A stretch of DNA of 64,000 nt from Ylistrum balloti (taxonomy: Eukaryota). Made by a program: the position numbers and the translations under genes. Below, one piece after another: positions 37,632 to 51,895 of this stretch (position 1 is the first letter of the stretch; each line of letters begins with the position of its first letter). The stretch spans positions 434,001-498,000 of the forward strand of contig NW_026782264.1 of the NCBI RefSeq assembly GCF_031769215.1. Reading direction: 5' to 3'. The notes under the pieces are model-generated. The model saw only the letters and a program-made list of their open reading frames with translations. It had not been told where the DNA came from and did not search any database.

Positions 37632-37673
37632 GGAGCAATTAAGGTAAATTGCCTCGGTTAAAGACGCGACCAC
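37632..37673 (+). mobile_element. Possible CORE/V-type SINE central-domain fragment
   Basis: GGAGCAATTAAGGTAAATTGCCTCGGTTAAAGACGCGAC resembles GGAGCAATT.GGGTTAAGTGCCTTGCTCAAGGACAC, which is recalled from memory and not verified. Confidence 0.3.
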
Positions 37674-38234
37674 ATCAGCTCAGACCAGCCCGTTCCTCCG
37701 CTTTCTGACAAACTATCTATAACGGGTAAGGCAGTCGAACCACTCACCTCGAATTTCAACCTGAGGTTATGTAGGTCAAAGACTAAACTGATTTGAGTTA
37801 TCGCAGGGCCTATAACGTGTCATTTAATAACCGTAGAGTCTAGAATCGTCAGCAGTTCTGTGAATGATACCTGCGTCGGTTAAACATACACTAATATATT
37901 GTCTTATTTTGATGATACAAACCAGAGCTGTCTCATTAGTTTATAATTGATTTTTTTAGTTCTTCTGATAAACGACTCACTTTTATTTGGTAAATAGCAT
38001 GCAGCTTGACAAAACGGTTCTACAGTTTAAATAATGTCTGTAGATATTGTGGGTTAACAGTTCATTGAATATGTTATAACAGCTATTCTTAATCAAGATT
38101 GACAATTTATTCCAATAATGTTTTAACTGTGGGAGTTTGGAATGCTGTTGGTAAACCTGAGATAAGTAAAACCTGGTTATTACAACAAAAGTGTCACTGA
38201 TTCGGTATATAATACAGATTTATCATGTCAAAGA

Positions 38235-38445
38235 TTGATTTACAAACGCTTTTCCTGTTGGTTCCGTTGTTGTATACCTTGTTATCATTTAAGAACGTAA
38301 CCAAGATAAAGCAGAAGACGCTTACCCTTTCTGAACACTTTGTCTTAATGTACATGTTCTCTTTTAAGAGTCTCCTTATAAATCATTCTTTTGTTTGCCC
38401 TGGTTTTATGGAATTTGAATTTGAGTTATGATTCGATTGACATTT
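38235..38445 (+). mobile_element. Naiad-type PLE 3'UTR fragment
   Basis: CCTGTTGGTTCCGTTGTTGTATAC, GCAGAAGACGCTTACCCTTTCTGAACAC and TTTGCCCTGGTTTTATGGAATTTGAATTTGAGTTATGATT match the 3200-3490 and 24590-24845 copies. Confidence 0.75.
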
Positions 38446-41437
38446 TTTTTTAATTTATGTTTTTATTTTGAATTTCTTTTTAAAATGTCAATATCAACTT
38501 TCCCAAAAAGGGTACGTTTTGGAGACTATAATAAAACATTAATTTCTAAATGACCGTACAGTTTAAGCTTGTCGAACTTCACCAACAATATACAGAGGAA
38601 AGAGACATGCACACCTAAATCTGTAGGTCAATAATTGTCCTCTACTGTCTTCAATAGACTAATAGTTCCGTCTACTGAATATTCCAAGGAGATTAGACCT
38701 ATTTAATCACGATGGCAGACACATCCTGGAGATGTGATAGAGGCTGTCAGGTTGAGACTGTCGACATGTAAGGGAGTACGGTAGGATTTGTCAGCTTACT
38801 GCTGTATCTGTGAAAACCTCAAATATAGTCATCTGCCAATACTTTAAAGTTATAAACAGTCGATCCAAATACCGAATTAAACTTTACTATACTGAGTTGT
38901 TTTGTAATCCTATGACTAGTTAGTCGTTGACACCTAAAGGAATGTCCGAGGAAAATCAAAGTTTGTCCCAATCAATTTCAAAAAAGGGAAGGTGCATTAA
39001 CTACAAAACGTTCATTACTGTCAATATTCTTTATCATTATTTCAAATTAGCGTTAGGTCAGTGGGATATTCTCAGCTAATTCACTTAACGAATAAAACAC
39101 TGTAGTGCAGGTAACGTTAAACATCGAAATCTGAAAGTCCGTCACTAAATATTAATTAAGGATGTATTTTAACTTGCTTTCTGAAGTATCTAATTTTAGA
39201 AAGACATTGTTAAGGATATCTTTTTATTTCTCTCATTGTCAGAACTAGAGAAGACATAAATATCGCATTCATAAAGCCAGGGGATATGTATAATACATCT
39301 ATCAACCAGGGTGTCACAAACAGATATAGAATTCACAAATAAAATTTATAAATTGAAATAGCATGTTGACACCATTATATCATGTTCTCTCTACACAAAC
39401 GGTCGGTATACAGATATATTAAGTGACTTTTATATTAGGTATTGAATCCTGTAATGAAAACGAGTTATTAATCTACGAGCTTACAAATGGTATACAATGA
39501 TACATTAATTACAATGTGTGGTGTAAATGAGATCCACAGTTCCCAGGTGTTACACAATCTGACAACCAGGTCACAGCTGTGCACTGATAGGACTAATCTG
39601 TAGACAAAACCTTACACTGTTATTAGTGGTCAGTCAGTAGAGAAACAATTGGTCATCAGCTATACTGACCGGTACCTTACAAGTATCTCTAGTTACAGAA
39701 GTCAGGTATGGAGTCATCCGGGATCTTAACAGCAGTGGGTGTTCACGTGTTCGGGACTAGCGTTGTTTTAGTCCATTGTGAGTAAGAAATACGTTGGTAA
39801 TTTTTTGTTTTGATACGAAATGGTAGCCAAAATCCTGGTACAATGACAATAGATTCAGTTGGACTTATGGTAATCTTTCCGTTGTACATTGTGACAAAGT
39901 AATAGGAATGTCCGTTTGTTGTTTCCATGCGGATAAACTGTTGTAGAATTGTATTCTCTATCAAGGTAAGCGATGTATTTTGTATGTATCGTGTGATCTG
40001 AGATGATGATACACATTATAACTGACGTTTAATTACATGTTTTTAGATATGAAAAAAATACTGCATTTCAACCCGATGACGCAACATGCGACCATGGAAT
40101 GTGTGTTTGATTTGTTTATATACAATTCAGGACAGAAACAATTGTTATAAATATAACAAGCTAAAATAAGGGATTTCAGTGGTGGCTTAATATAGTGTTC
40201 GGCTGGTATTACACCTCCAAATCGTAGATAAAGGATCTATCTCATACCAGTCATCAGAATTGACCAGAGACGTACACTATCTAATATTGATATTTGTTAA
40301 GGCTGTGTTCGCCTCTACCAACAGCATTCGTCTGAGTTTGGAGTCACACTGAATTTCCCAAGCATATAATCCGTATTTATAAGTTCTATCATCCAATAAT
40401 TCTATTGATTTGCTGTCTATAATTTGCTTGGTGAACTTTGCGTTTCAGGAGTCCAGCTGGGAATACAGCTTACGACAGAAAGGTTAACGAGATTAAACTG
40501 TACGTCTCGTGTGTTTTTCACGATAACTGAATAATTTTGTACACGAACTCAAAGAACCCGTATGCTTATTTTCAGCTCACTTCCCAACATCACGATTTTG
40601 TGCAAGATGTCGGGAAATGACAAACAGGCTCATAATACAAGGTTTCAGTAAAATCATTGCATTGTTTCAATCGTACTTTTTCGTGTACTTAGAGGCAAGG
40701 TAAGACAAAAAAACCAACCTTAGACTCGTTACATGAATCCCACATGACGTAGAAACTCGTGTAAAATTCATTATAAGAACGTTCTCTACAGGACTGATAG
40801 AACAGATCGTCAGGTTATAGTGTGATGAAATAACAGATAATGACACTCATTATCATCGTACTTTTTCACGACATTTTCCATATCTTTTCAGGCGGATAAG
40901 TTTAACTGTTGTTAACAAAATGATGACGTCACTGTTTATCGTTATCCTGTTTTTAATCGGATATATATTACAGAGTTTGTGTTATAATTTTTTCAGAAAG
41001 GATTACAAAGGTGGAAGTTAAAAATTGTGTGTTGTCTTCAAGAAAAATAAAACTTTTAAAAACAAGGTCATGGTGTCCAGGGTTATACGATCGATACAAT
41101 ATAATGTCATTATCAAGATTTATTAGGTCTACGTAAAGATTAAAGGTCGACACTATTGTTACGATTTTAAAAAAATGTCATGGAAATATTTGTCCAAAAT
41201 GTTTAGTTTGTTTTTATCTGGGGAACATATTTTCAATATTATATTATAAACACTTGTATTATTGATTCATCCGACCGAGGCTAGGTACTCATACATACTG
41301 TGTAAGAGCGAAATTTAAAGATCATAAAATTAAACGTATATATGATTGATGGATTCCACAGTGAAACTGTCTCCGGATTAAATTATCTAACTAGCTTGCA
41401 TTCACACAGTAAATATTTGTGTTACGTTAATTAATGT

Positions 41438-41592
41438 GAGACAGGAGTCGATAACTCGTGTCGTCTGTAAGACAGGGGTCGATAACTCGTGTTCTCTGTA
41501 AGACAGGGGTCGATAACTCATGTCTTCTGTGAGACAAGGGTCGATAACTCGTATTCGTTGCGAGACAGGGGTCGATAACTCGTTCCTCTGTG
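41438..41592. repeat. 31-bp tandem repeat x5
   Basis: Unit AGACAGGGGTCGATAACTCGTGTTCTCTGTA. Confidence 0.92.
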
Positions 41593-43138
41593 GTAACAGC
41601 TGTTTTATGAAGCGAGTGGTGTTACTTGTCAGCTTCACGGAATTTATCCTTTTCCTATGATAAATACATACAATTTTAAAGTCACAAATTTTAAATGATA
41701 ACAATTATCTATATTATGAATAATTACGATTTTCCTGTACCTTCGGTAAGTATGACTCATAGACACAAATAGAAATTGTCAATTGACTAGTTTTAAATCA
41801 ATGATAATCTTGTGGGAAAAACAGCATTCTTCCTAAACAGTCATTTTCATACCAATATTTTATCATTTATCAGTCAACGACACGAAGAAGATAACATATT
41901 CTGTTAGGTTAATTATAGTTAATCACGCGAACCACTGAGCCATTCATCCCTGTATGTTGTAACTCAGGATAATATCAATTTAATGATGACAGTAATCGCT
42001 TTCAGCAAGCGTCGTTGGACCCTTTGGAATATATCGCCCACTTGAGTTGTAGACGTCATTTACACCCGGGAGATGAAATATGGGGAAGGGCGTGGAATTT
42101 GTCGTCTGGGTTTATGATATATTCATCTGAAGCGTTTGAATGACATTAGTTAGACATAGCTCAGGTTTCTGACGTAAACAGCAGAAGGTACAATATAAAA
42201 ATATTTCACTCTGAATAGAGAATTAATAAATAAATGCTAACATGATTGTAATTGTAACTGTCTAAACATTTTGTTTAACGTGACGTGGTAATTTAGGTTT
42301 CCCTGTAGGCGTGTGTTATTCCACTTTCAATGCATCATTTAATCATTTCAGCTATTGTGTAAACAAAGTAAACAACACGTTTATTGAACTCTAAACGCCT
42401 TTAAAAATGGTTGACACTGTGAACGGGAAATCGCTTCACACACTCGCGAATTCAAATGCACAAAACAAAAATGGGTAGAGAGCTCTCATTTAACGAACCT
42501 CGTGTAAATAGCCGGTACTATGAAATACGCGTACGCGACAATCCCGATAAGGAATTAAAAAAACGACTGTAAGACATCAGCAAAGTAACGACTCTCCTAC
42601 AGATATGCTGCCTGTTTCCTTCTCATGATTTCTTATTTATATCTGTAGTTTCTTTCATGAAAAACCGTGTTGCTGCATTAGATAAGCTAAGTCCCAGTGT
42701 TGATTGTGCAGAATTATTATAGTTACAGAATGATGCTATCAAATCCTATCGAAGAGAAAATTTCTATCTATTCCTTCTCTTCAAACTTGCCCTGTAAAAT
42801 GTTCAGAATAGCTGTTGACTTGGCGTCTAATCGTACGACAACACGACTGCTACAGCTGCAAACAGAAATGTCCTTCCAATCAATTGTGAAATCACCTTTT
42901 ATTTTCAGAAAATCGTTTTGTTCCTAGGCCGCTCTAAATACAGATTGCGTTATCTTCATCAGAATAACTGTGGTATTTACAACAATATTTCTGTTAGGGT
43001 GCTGTACCATATAGCGCATTCATTTCACAAAGGGTTTTTTTTCGAGTCTTGGAACCAATAAGAGGATTTTGATTTTGACGAAATTATTCAGTATTTCAAA
43101 AAGTGTTTCTATGCCAACAACACATATTACGGTCGCTT

Positions 43139-46100
43139 TTCTCTGTCACGTTACGGACACATTCTCCGTCATGTTACGGACACATTCTCCGTCATGTTAG
43201 GGACACATTCCCCGTCATGTTAGGGACCCATCCTCTGTCACGTTACTGACACATTCTCCGTCATGTTACGGACACATTCTCCGTCATGTTAGGGACACAT
43301 TCCCCGTCATGTTAGGGACCCATCCTCTGTCACGTTACGGACACATTCTCCGTCATGTTAGGGACACATTCCCCGTCATGTTAGGGACCCATCCTCTGTC
43401 ACGTTACGGACACATTCTCCGTCATGTTAGGGACACATTCCCCGTCATGTTAGGGACCCATCCTCTGTCACGTTACGGACACATTCTCCGTCATGTTAGG
43501 GAAACATTCCCCGTCATGTTACGGACACATTCTCCGTCATGTTAGGGACACATTCCCCGTCATGTTAGGGACCCATCCTCTGTCACGTTACGGACACATT
43601 CCCCGTCATGTTACGGACACATTCCCCGTCATGTTAGGGACCCATCCTCTGTCACGTTACTGACACATTCTCCGTCATGTTACGGACACATTCCCCGTCA
43701 TGTTAGGGACCCATCCTCTGTCACGTTACTGACACATTCTCCGTCATGTTACGGACACATTCCCCGTCATGTTAGGGACCCATCCTCTGTCACGTTACGA
43801 CACATTCTCCGTCATGTTAGGGACACATTCCCCGTCATGTTAGGGAAACATTCCCCGTCACGTTACGGACACATTCTCCGTCATGTTACGGACACATTCC
43901 CCGTCATGTTAGTGACACTTTCCCCGTCATGTTAGGGAAACATTCCCCGTCACGTTACGGACACATTCTCCGTCATGTTACGGACACATTCCCCGTCATG
44001 TTAGGGACACATTCCCCGTCATGTTAGGGGTACATTCCCCGTCATGTTACGGACACATTCCCCGTCATGTTAGGGAAACATTCTCTGTCACGTTACGGAC
44101 ACATTCTCCGTCATGTTAGGGACACATTCTTCGTCACATTACGGACACATTCCCCGTCATGTTAGGGACACATTCTTCGTCACATTACGGACACATTCCC
44201 CGTCATGTTAGGGACACATTCTTCGTCACATTACGGACACATTCCCCGTCATGTTAGGGGCACATTCTTCGTCACATTACGGACACATTCTCCATTACAA
44301 TCCGGACACATTCTCCGTCATATTACGGACACATTCTCCGTCATGTTACGGACACATTCCTCGTCATGTTACGGACACATTCCCGGTCATGTTAGGGACA
44401 CATTCTCTGTCACGTTACGGACACATTCTCCGTCTTATTACGGACACATTCTCCGTCATGTTAGGGACACATTCTCTGTCACGTTACGGACACATTCTCC
44501 GTCATGTTAGGGAAACATTCCCCGTCATGTTAGTGACACATTCCCCGTCATGTTAGGGAAACATTCCCCGTCATGTTAGGGACACATTCCCCGTCATGTT
44601 AGGGACACATTCCCCGTCATGTTAGGGGTACATTCCCCGTCATGTTAGGGGCACATTCTTCGTCACATTACGGACACATTCTCCATTACAATCCGGACAC
44701 ATTCTCCGTCATATTACGGACACATTCTCCGTCACAATCCGGACACATTCTCCGTCATATTACGGACACATTCTCCGTCATGTTAGGGACACATTCTCCG
44801 TCACATTACGGACACATTCTCCGTCACATTACGGACACATTCTCCGTCATGTTAGGGACACATTCTCCGTCATATTACGGACACATTCTCCGTCACAATC
44901 CGGACACATTCTCCGTCACATTACGGACACATTCTCCGTCACATTACGGACACATTCTCCGTCACATTACGGACACATTCTCCGTCACATTACGGACACA
45001 TTCTTCGTCACAATCCGGACACATTCTCCGTCACAATCCGGACACATTCTCCGTCATATTACGGACACATTCTCCGTCATGTTAGGGACACATTCTCCGT
45101 CACATTACGGACACATTCTCCGTCACATTACGGACACATTCTCCGTCACATTACGGACACATTCTCCGTCACAATCCGGACACATTCTCCGTCATATTAC
45201 GGACACATTCTCCGTCACAATCCGGACACATTCTCCGTCATATTACGGACACATTCTCCGTCATGTTAGGGACACATTCTCCGTCATATTACGGACACAT
45301 TCTCCGTCACATTACGGACACATTCTCCGTCACATTACGGACACATTCTCCGTCATGTTAGGGACACATTCTCCGTCACATTACGGACACATTCTCCGTC
45401 ACATTACGGACACATTCTCCGTCACATTACGGACACATTCTCCGTCACAATCCGGACACATTCTCCGTCACATTACGGACACATTCTCCGTCACATTACG
45501 GACACATTCTCCGTCACATTACGGACACATTCTCCGTCACATTACGGACACATTCTCCGTCACAATCCGGACACATTCTCCGTCACATTACGGACACATT
45601 CTCCGTCACATTACGGACACATTCTCCGTCACATTACGGACACATTCTCCGTCACATTACGGACACATTCTACGTCACATTACGGACACATTCTCCGTCA
45701 CATTACGGACACATTCTCCGTCACAATCCGGACACATTCTCCGTCACAATCCGGACACATTCTCCGTCATATTACGGACACATTCTCCGTCACAATCCGG
45801 ACACATTCTCCGTCACGTTACGACACATTCTTCGTCATATTACGGACACATTCTCCGTCACGTTACGACACATTCTTCGTCATATTACGGACACATTCTC
45901 CGTCACAATCCGGACACATTCTCCGTCACAATCCGGACACATTCTCCGTCACATTACGGACACATTCTCCGTCACATTACGGACACATTCTCCGTCACGT
46001 TACGACACATTCTTCGTCATATTACGGACACATTCTCCGTCACAATCCGGACACATTCTCCGTCACAATCCGGACACATTCTCCGTCACATTACGGACAC

Positions 46101-46147
46101 ATTCTCCGTCACATTACGGACACATTCTCCGTTACACTCCGGACACA
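43139..46147. repeat. 23-bp minisatellite, ~3 kb (~130 copies), with a 69-bp higher-order trimer at the left end
   Basis: Units ACGGACACATTCTCCGTCATGTT, AGGGACACATTCCCCGTCATGTT and AGGGACCCATCCTCTGTCACGTT. The 23-aa periodicity of the local ORFs reflects 3x23 bp. Confidence 0.97.
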
Positions 46148-46519
46148 CAACGTCGTCACGGTACGTTCACTTCACTATGTCGTAATACCAAAATATCTTG
46201 TAGGATTAAGTTACGCTGATTAACAGGGGGTTAATATGAATGATTTCTCATTGTTTACTTCATAGAACTTATTATGGCAAATTACTGACAGTGGGAATAG
46301 ATTTGTTATGTTCTCGACTTTGTCGTTTCTTCTTTTCGTTTTTGTTTCATTTCTTCTGTTTCCGACCTTTCCCTGAATCTTGTGCACCTCACTGACCCCA
46401 AAGTGCGACCTCTTACGACCCAATCACATTATTTTACGGTTGATTTTATCATCTCTGTCTTAGGTTGGATTTGCCGAAATGAACATTGATGACTTTTTGT
46501 TTTTAAATGACAGGATTTT

Positions 46520-47690
46520 TTTTAAACCAGAATTTGAAATCGACAGACTCTTCTACATCAGTTGCTTACCTCAATCTTTTCCGACAATGTACCTACCACA
46601 GACAGCTTCCCACCAATCTGTATGATTAGAGAGACGATAAAAATCTTTTTCTGATGGGAAATTTCCATTTCTGTATAGCAACATACATGTCGCTGGTGCT
46701 TCGATATTGTAACATCTGTCCCCAAAATATCCCGTTTTTTGTGTGGAAGATATCGGCAACTGACAGACACACATGGACCAAATGTTCTCGAGATATAAAG
46801 GCTGATGAAGTTTATGGGATGTTTTACAGTCGTCATATAATGATCACATAGAGAAAATATTATATTTGCTGTCCGATAAGGAGCTGGACGTGTTTCATGC
46901 GCGTTAGTAAGCCTAGAGATTCCGTTGATTTTTTTTAACATTGTTCTTATTTGAGAACGACACATTACTTACTTGGAATGACCAAAGTTCACATCACTTT
47001 CTAGAACAACTGGTTTTCTCCTCCTTTTCAGACGTCTTGGTGGAAAGCCTTCTTCTGTTGTTAATTGTGTGTGAATTAAGTTTTAACATGTCGATTCTGA
47101 TGTTGTTTTGATCACAAAACATGAAAACATTTGTCGGTGAACCGTTTACTCTATTTTCTCAAAAATAACTTAAATGAGTTCCGTGATTTCCTGTTCAGCA
47201 CAGGAATTGTTTACATGTTCTAGTAAAGAACCCATCTCTGCTGTGTGTCTTAGTTCAGTACTCGTTTTTCAATGCTGCTGTGTGTCATAGTTCAATTCTC
47301 GTCTCATAGGGTTACTTGTGTGTCATAGTTTAGTGTTTGTTGAGGAGCGCGAATATATATCATGCTGAGTATTCGTCTCTGAGAGGTGATATTTGTCTTT
47401 TTAAATGGTGTTCGTCTGTGAGAGATAATGTGTGACTTTCAAGTCGTGTTTGCCCCTGAGAATTATGTGTGACTTTTAAGTGGTGTTTGCCTCTGAGCGC
47501 TACTCTATGTCTTTGTTCAGTGTCTTATGCAGGACTAAATACAACTCCTTATAGGAACAGAAGACGCTTACTCTTCTGGAACATCCGGTCTTATTCTGTC
47601 CGTACTTTTCAAGGAGTCTTCACGAAAATCTTTGTTTTGGTTATTAATTTGCTCTACTTTCGTTGAATTTGATTTTCAGTAAAGACTTAT
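46520..47690 (+). mobile_element. Naiad-type PLE RT 3' relic plus 3'UTR, interrupted at ~47000-47545
   Basis: Frames give STDSSTSVAYLNL, LYD*RDD, NFPFLYSNI and FYSRH. The 3'UTR CATTACTTACTTGG ends at ~46995 and resumes with CAGAAGACGCTTACTCTTCTGGAACATCCGGTC at 47558. Confidence 0.72.
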
Positions 47691-48867
47691 TGTTTTTCGT
47701 AGATTGATTGATTCTCAGTGTTGGTGTTTGTAGAATAGAAAACAACTGAATACTGTTTCCGGATTAGTTCTGGATGTTGTGATGATAAACGACCTATAGA
47801 GGGCGCTGTGACAGATAACACGTGTAGTATTGACAATATGTCTATATACTCCATCACAACCTTTAGGACCAGAATAACGATTGTTTGGTAAATAATTGGC
47901 TAGCTTGGACGTAGAGGATATCATCAATGACAGATGGTAACAAACATGGCTCACAGGACTAATATCACAATGGAATCGTTTCAGTATTAACTCACATCCG
48001 CCTTTATATTTCGGCAACACGCCTCAGATGTAGGGACCAAATGTCTTGTCGTTCAATTGTGCTTTCAGTTAGTGAAAGGCTGTTTCATCATGAAAATTAC
48101 CAAAAAACCTACAGAGAGAATCAATAAAACAATCATAGTAAATAGTTGTTGGTAATGATACGTGTCAGTTTTACTTGTGTCTATTACTGAACAGTTAAAC
48201 TCCTCCAAGATAGCATACAACGACGACGGAGGAGCTGTTAACATGAATATCTTTAGGGCGTTCATTCTTATACAATTTACCAACATGTTCAACTATATTG
48301 ATACTTTCAACAGCAAACCGTTTATTTTGTGTAGAAATATTTGTGGTTCACGACGTCTTTCGTGTTGCTGTCTGTTTGGTACCTGTCGTTTTTCTATTGT
48401 TGTATGAAATACCATTGACCTTGTCTTTATACCCTGATGTCCCAGTGTTTTCCTATCTCACTAGAGTATGCAGTTTAATGACGGATAATACATTTCTATA
48501 ACTCGTCAACATTCCGGAAATTAACTAGAAGTATATTTTCCATTGTAAGAATTTCGAGGGTTTTGCTTACTTACTAGAATTGAAATGAAAAAAAGGAGAA
48601 AAATGAGAAACATTCCTTATTGGTTGAGAACATATAAGAAATGCAGTCATGCATTAAAGTCCATATGTTTACATGCAACCCTGGTAAAATACTAATAATG
48701 ACGTCTGTTACATTGGCGTCCATGTAGGGACCTAGGAATAGTACTTAGCCATGCCCCACCAGCATTGCTGTAACCCCTGAAAACTCGAGGACAAGTTATT
48801 TCCAGGAGGGGGAGTATGTAACCCTGGTAAAATACTAGCCGCAATATACCACTCGGCTAGAGAGAAC

Positions 48868-48931
48868 TTCTCTTTAGCTCGATTGGTTGAGCGTCAGACT
48901 AGTAAGCCGGGTTCGATTCCTAGCGGAGGCA
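48868..48931 (+). pseudogene. tRNA-Thr(AGT)-like pseudogene or SINE head
   Basis: TAGCTCGATTGGTTGAGCG (D arm/A box), anticodon loop CTAGTAA, and GGGTTCGATTCC (T arm/B box) followed by TAGCGGAGGCA. The variable region is deleted and the acceptor and anticodon stems are imperfect, so this is not a functional tRNA. Confidence 0.65.
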
Positions 48932-49642
48932 TTGAAATAAATAATGACCTCTGTTAGATTTTCTGTACCGATAAATTAGACTTTATATAAATGTACATTT
49001 TTGGCGAGGGATGTATGTTTCATCGTCTGGTGCTTTACCTAACAGCAGAATAACTGTCTGGACCTGCAATAACTAACGCAGACATATCTTTCAGATTTCA
49101 CACTCAATACACTTACTTATGAAATCTCGTTGAAATCTCGTAATCCGGAAAAGATTGTTGCATTGCTAGACAAGCTAATTAGTTTTACGTCACGTACTTG
49201 TAGACTAATCTCCCAATCAGCGGGTTCATTCCTCGCGTGTTTTATATTTATTTAGAGTAGAGAGAAAGATTTCCGATTATATTGCAATCACAGCAAGTGA
49301 TGCAGTCTGTCACCAGTTACATCCAGACGGACTGGATTCTGTTATTGTCCGACAACCAAGGTTTGCAACCGGTCCAAGATGTATCGGAAATTAATTTGCC
49401 TGTATCGTTAAGGATTTTAGATTCAACAACAAGCTCTTCTCACGAGTAAAAGACATGGTTTATGTTATGTGTGTTCCTGTACCATCTATACAGTGTTTTC
49501 GTGTAGACTTCACATTCCGGGACTCGTCAAAATCTGACGTGTCATACACTACTTGTTGTCCGTCGTTATATTGTTTCAGTAAACCTTATATATGATAATG
49601 ACGTGATCAGAATACTGACGTTCGTCGGTGAGATAACGCCAA

Positions 49643-49866
49643 GAGATGGGAGGAGCCATGGAGATGGGAGGAGTCACGGCGATAGGAGGAGTCACGGAGA
49701 TGGGAGGAGGCACGGAGATGGGAGGAGTCACGGAGATGGGAGGAATCACTGAGATGGGAGGAATCGATGAGATGGGAGGAGTCACTGAGATGGGAGGAGT
49801 CATTGAGATGGGAGGAGTCACAGAGAAGGGAGGAGTCACAGAGATGGGAGGAGTCACGGAGCTGGG
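49643..49866. repeat. 18-bp minisatellite, ~12.5 copies
   Basis: Unit GAGATGGGAGGAGTCACG. Confidence 0.95.
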
Positions 49867-50744
49867 AAACCTGTAAAAAACCAACCAACCAATCAAAGAT
49901 TTATTATCATGTTCTCTTAAAAGTGTTTTAAACACATGTAATTGTATAAAAACTAAATAGTTTCAATTATATTCTTAGTTCGGATATGTTGGAACCTGTT
50001 CTGCTGTTTGACGATTGATAACGAAATGGTGTATAAAATTGTTTAAAACGGAATGGACATGATAACATACTCAGAAAATAAGTATATTTTAGCCGTCGAT
50101 TTCAGGTAAGATAATCGATGACTAGCACGCTGTCCATAGCACCTTCTTACATTCATGTTTAACTGACTAGATAACCAGGTAGAGTTCACCAACACACTGT
50201 ATTCAACCTCTCAACATTACTATATATTTACACAGAAACACATATAGGTATCAGACTTTGTTTATGAGTTACACATATCTACAAATGTCCACAGTAACGC
50301 TACCGAGTTTGTGTTAAAACACCCAAAACACCCTGAATACTTCAGTATTCATGTAATGAAATACGACGTAGCAATTCAAATACCGCTATACTATACAAAT
50401 CCAGGACCTTTGATTGTACAAGTATATATTGTATAACAACGAAGGCAAAAATACTATATTAATAAAGAGGCAAAACGATTACAAGAAAAAGACACCGAAG
50501 TGTGAAAATTGAGAGAAATTCTAAAGAACGGGATTCATATCAGAATAAAAAGGAATGCTGACAGACCTACATCTCTGAAAACTGATATTTTTGTGTTTTT
50601 GTAAAATAATTAAGTGATAATTTAAAAAAAAAAAGCATTATTGAAGTTTTTGTGTTTCATCAATAATTGATTGAGTGACATTTTAATTTAAACATCCCTC
50701 GACAAGTAAATGTTATCAAACATGGAGTGTTGAAAACTGAATGT

Positions 50745-51489
50745 CACTTAGATCAGTGTATATACCATGTACTAGGAACTTCGTAAGAGGCCCAACACTG
50801 ATCAGTGTATATACCTTGTACTAGGAACTTCGTAGGGGGCCCGACACTGATCAGTGTATATACCTTGTACCGGGAACTTCGTAGTGGGCCCAACACTGAT
50901 CAGTGTATATACCTTGTACTGGGAACTTCGTAGGAGGCCCAACACTGATCAGGGTATATACCTTGTACTAGGAACTTCGTAGTGGGCCCAGCACTGATCA
51001 GTGTATATACCTTGTACTAGGAACTTCGTAGGGGGCCCAACACTGATCAGGGTATATACCTTGTACTAGGAACTTCGTAGGGGGCCCAACACTGATCAGG
51101 GTATATACCTTGTACTGGGAACTTCGTAGGGGGCCCAACACTGATCAGTGTATAAACCTTGTACTAGGATCTTCGTAGTGGGCCCAACACTGATCAGTGT
51201 ATATACCTTGTACTGGGAACTTCGTAGGGGGCCCGACACTGATCAGGGTATATACCGTGTACTAGGAACTTCGTAGGAGGCCAACACTGATCAGTGTATA
51301 TACCTTGTACTGGGAACTTCGTAGGAGGCCCAACACTGATCAGTGTATATACCTTGTACTAGGAACTTCGTAGGGGGCCCAGCACTGATCAGGGTATATA
51401 CCTTGTACTAGGAACTTCGTAGGGGGCCCGACACTGATCAGTGTATATACCTTGTACTAGGAACTTCGTAGGGGGCCAAACACTGATCA
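50745..51489. repeat. 49-bp palindrome-rich minisatellite, ~15 copies
   Basis: Unit CACTGATCAGTGTATATACCTTGTACTAGGAACTTCGTAGGGGGCCCAA; 49-bp period seen at 50796 and 50845. Confidence 0.97.
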
Positions 51490-51895
51490 CTCGAAAATAG
51501 ACATGAGTGTCTGCTTTAGTGCTATTTTTCTTAGCTTCATTACACTCGTTGAAAATCAGACATGTCAGGAATACAATCATGATCAAAATGTAGACAAAAA
51601 GGACGCCGATTGGTCAATTCATTCAATGAGTCTTTGTTTGGGTCTGAATCTCGGAATACCATCTTGATAAAAATTGGGATAATCAGGGAAAAATTGCCAT
51701 GGTAAATGTATCGAAAATCTTTTGAAACGAAATATTTTCAAATTCCACAGTTACTCACTTGCATAAGGATTTTTTCCCCAAATAAATGTTCCATTGAACA
51801 CACATAGTACTGACGAAATGAATACTAGCTACATTCTGGCGATCTTTAAATACAGACATTTTTTCTTTGTAAAGAACACCCTGCAGTTGATTTTA

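Noticed and set aside
43309-46185. His/Thr/Ser-rich ORFs up to 368 aa
   Set aside because: These are translations of the 23-bp array in several overlapping frames, with no splice or domain support.
48868-48931. Functional tRNA-Thr gene
   Set aside because: The variable loop and part of the anticodon stem are missing and the acceptor stem is mismatched; kept only as a pseudogene or SINE head.
49576-49935. VTPPIS / GGVTEM / DSSHL repeat ORFs
   Set aside because: An 18-bp satellite is open in several frames on both strands.
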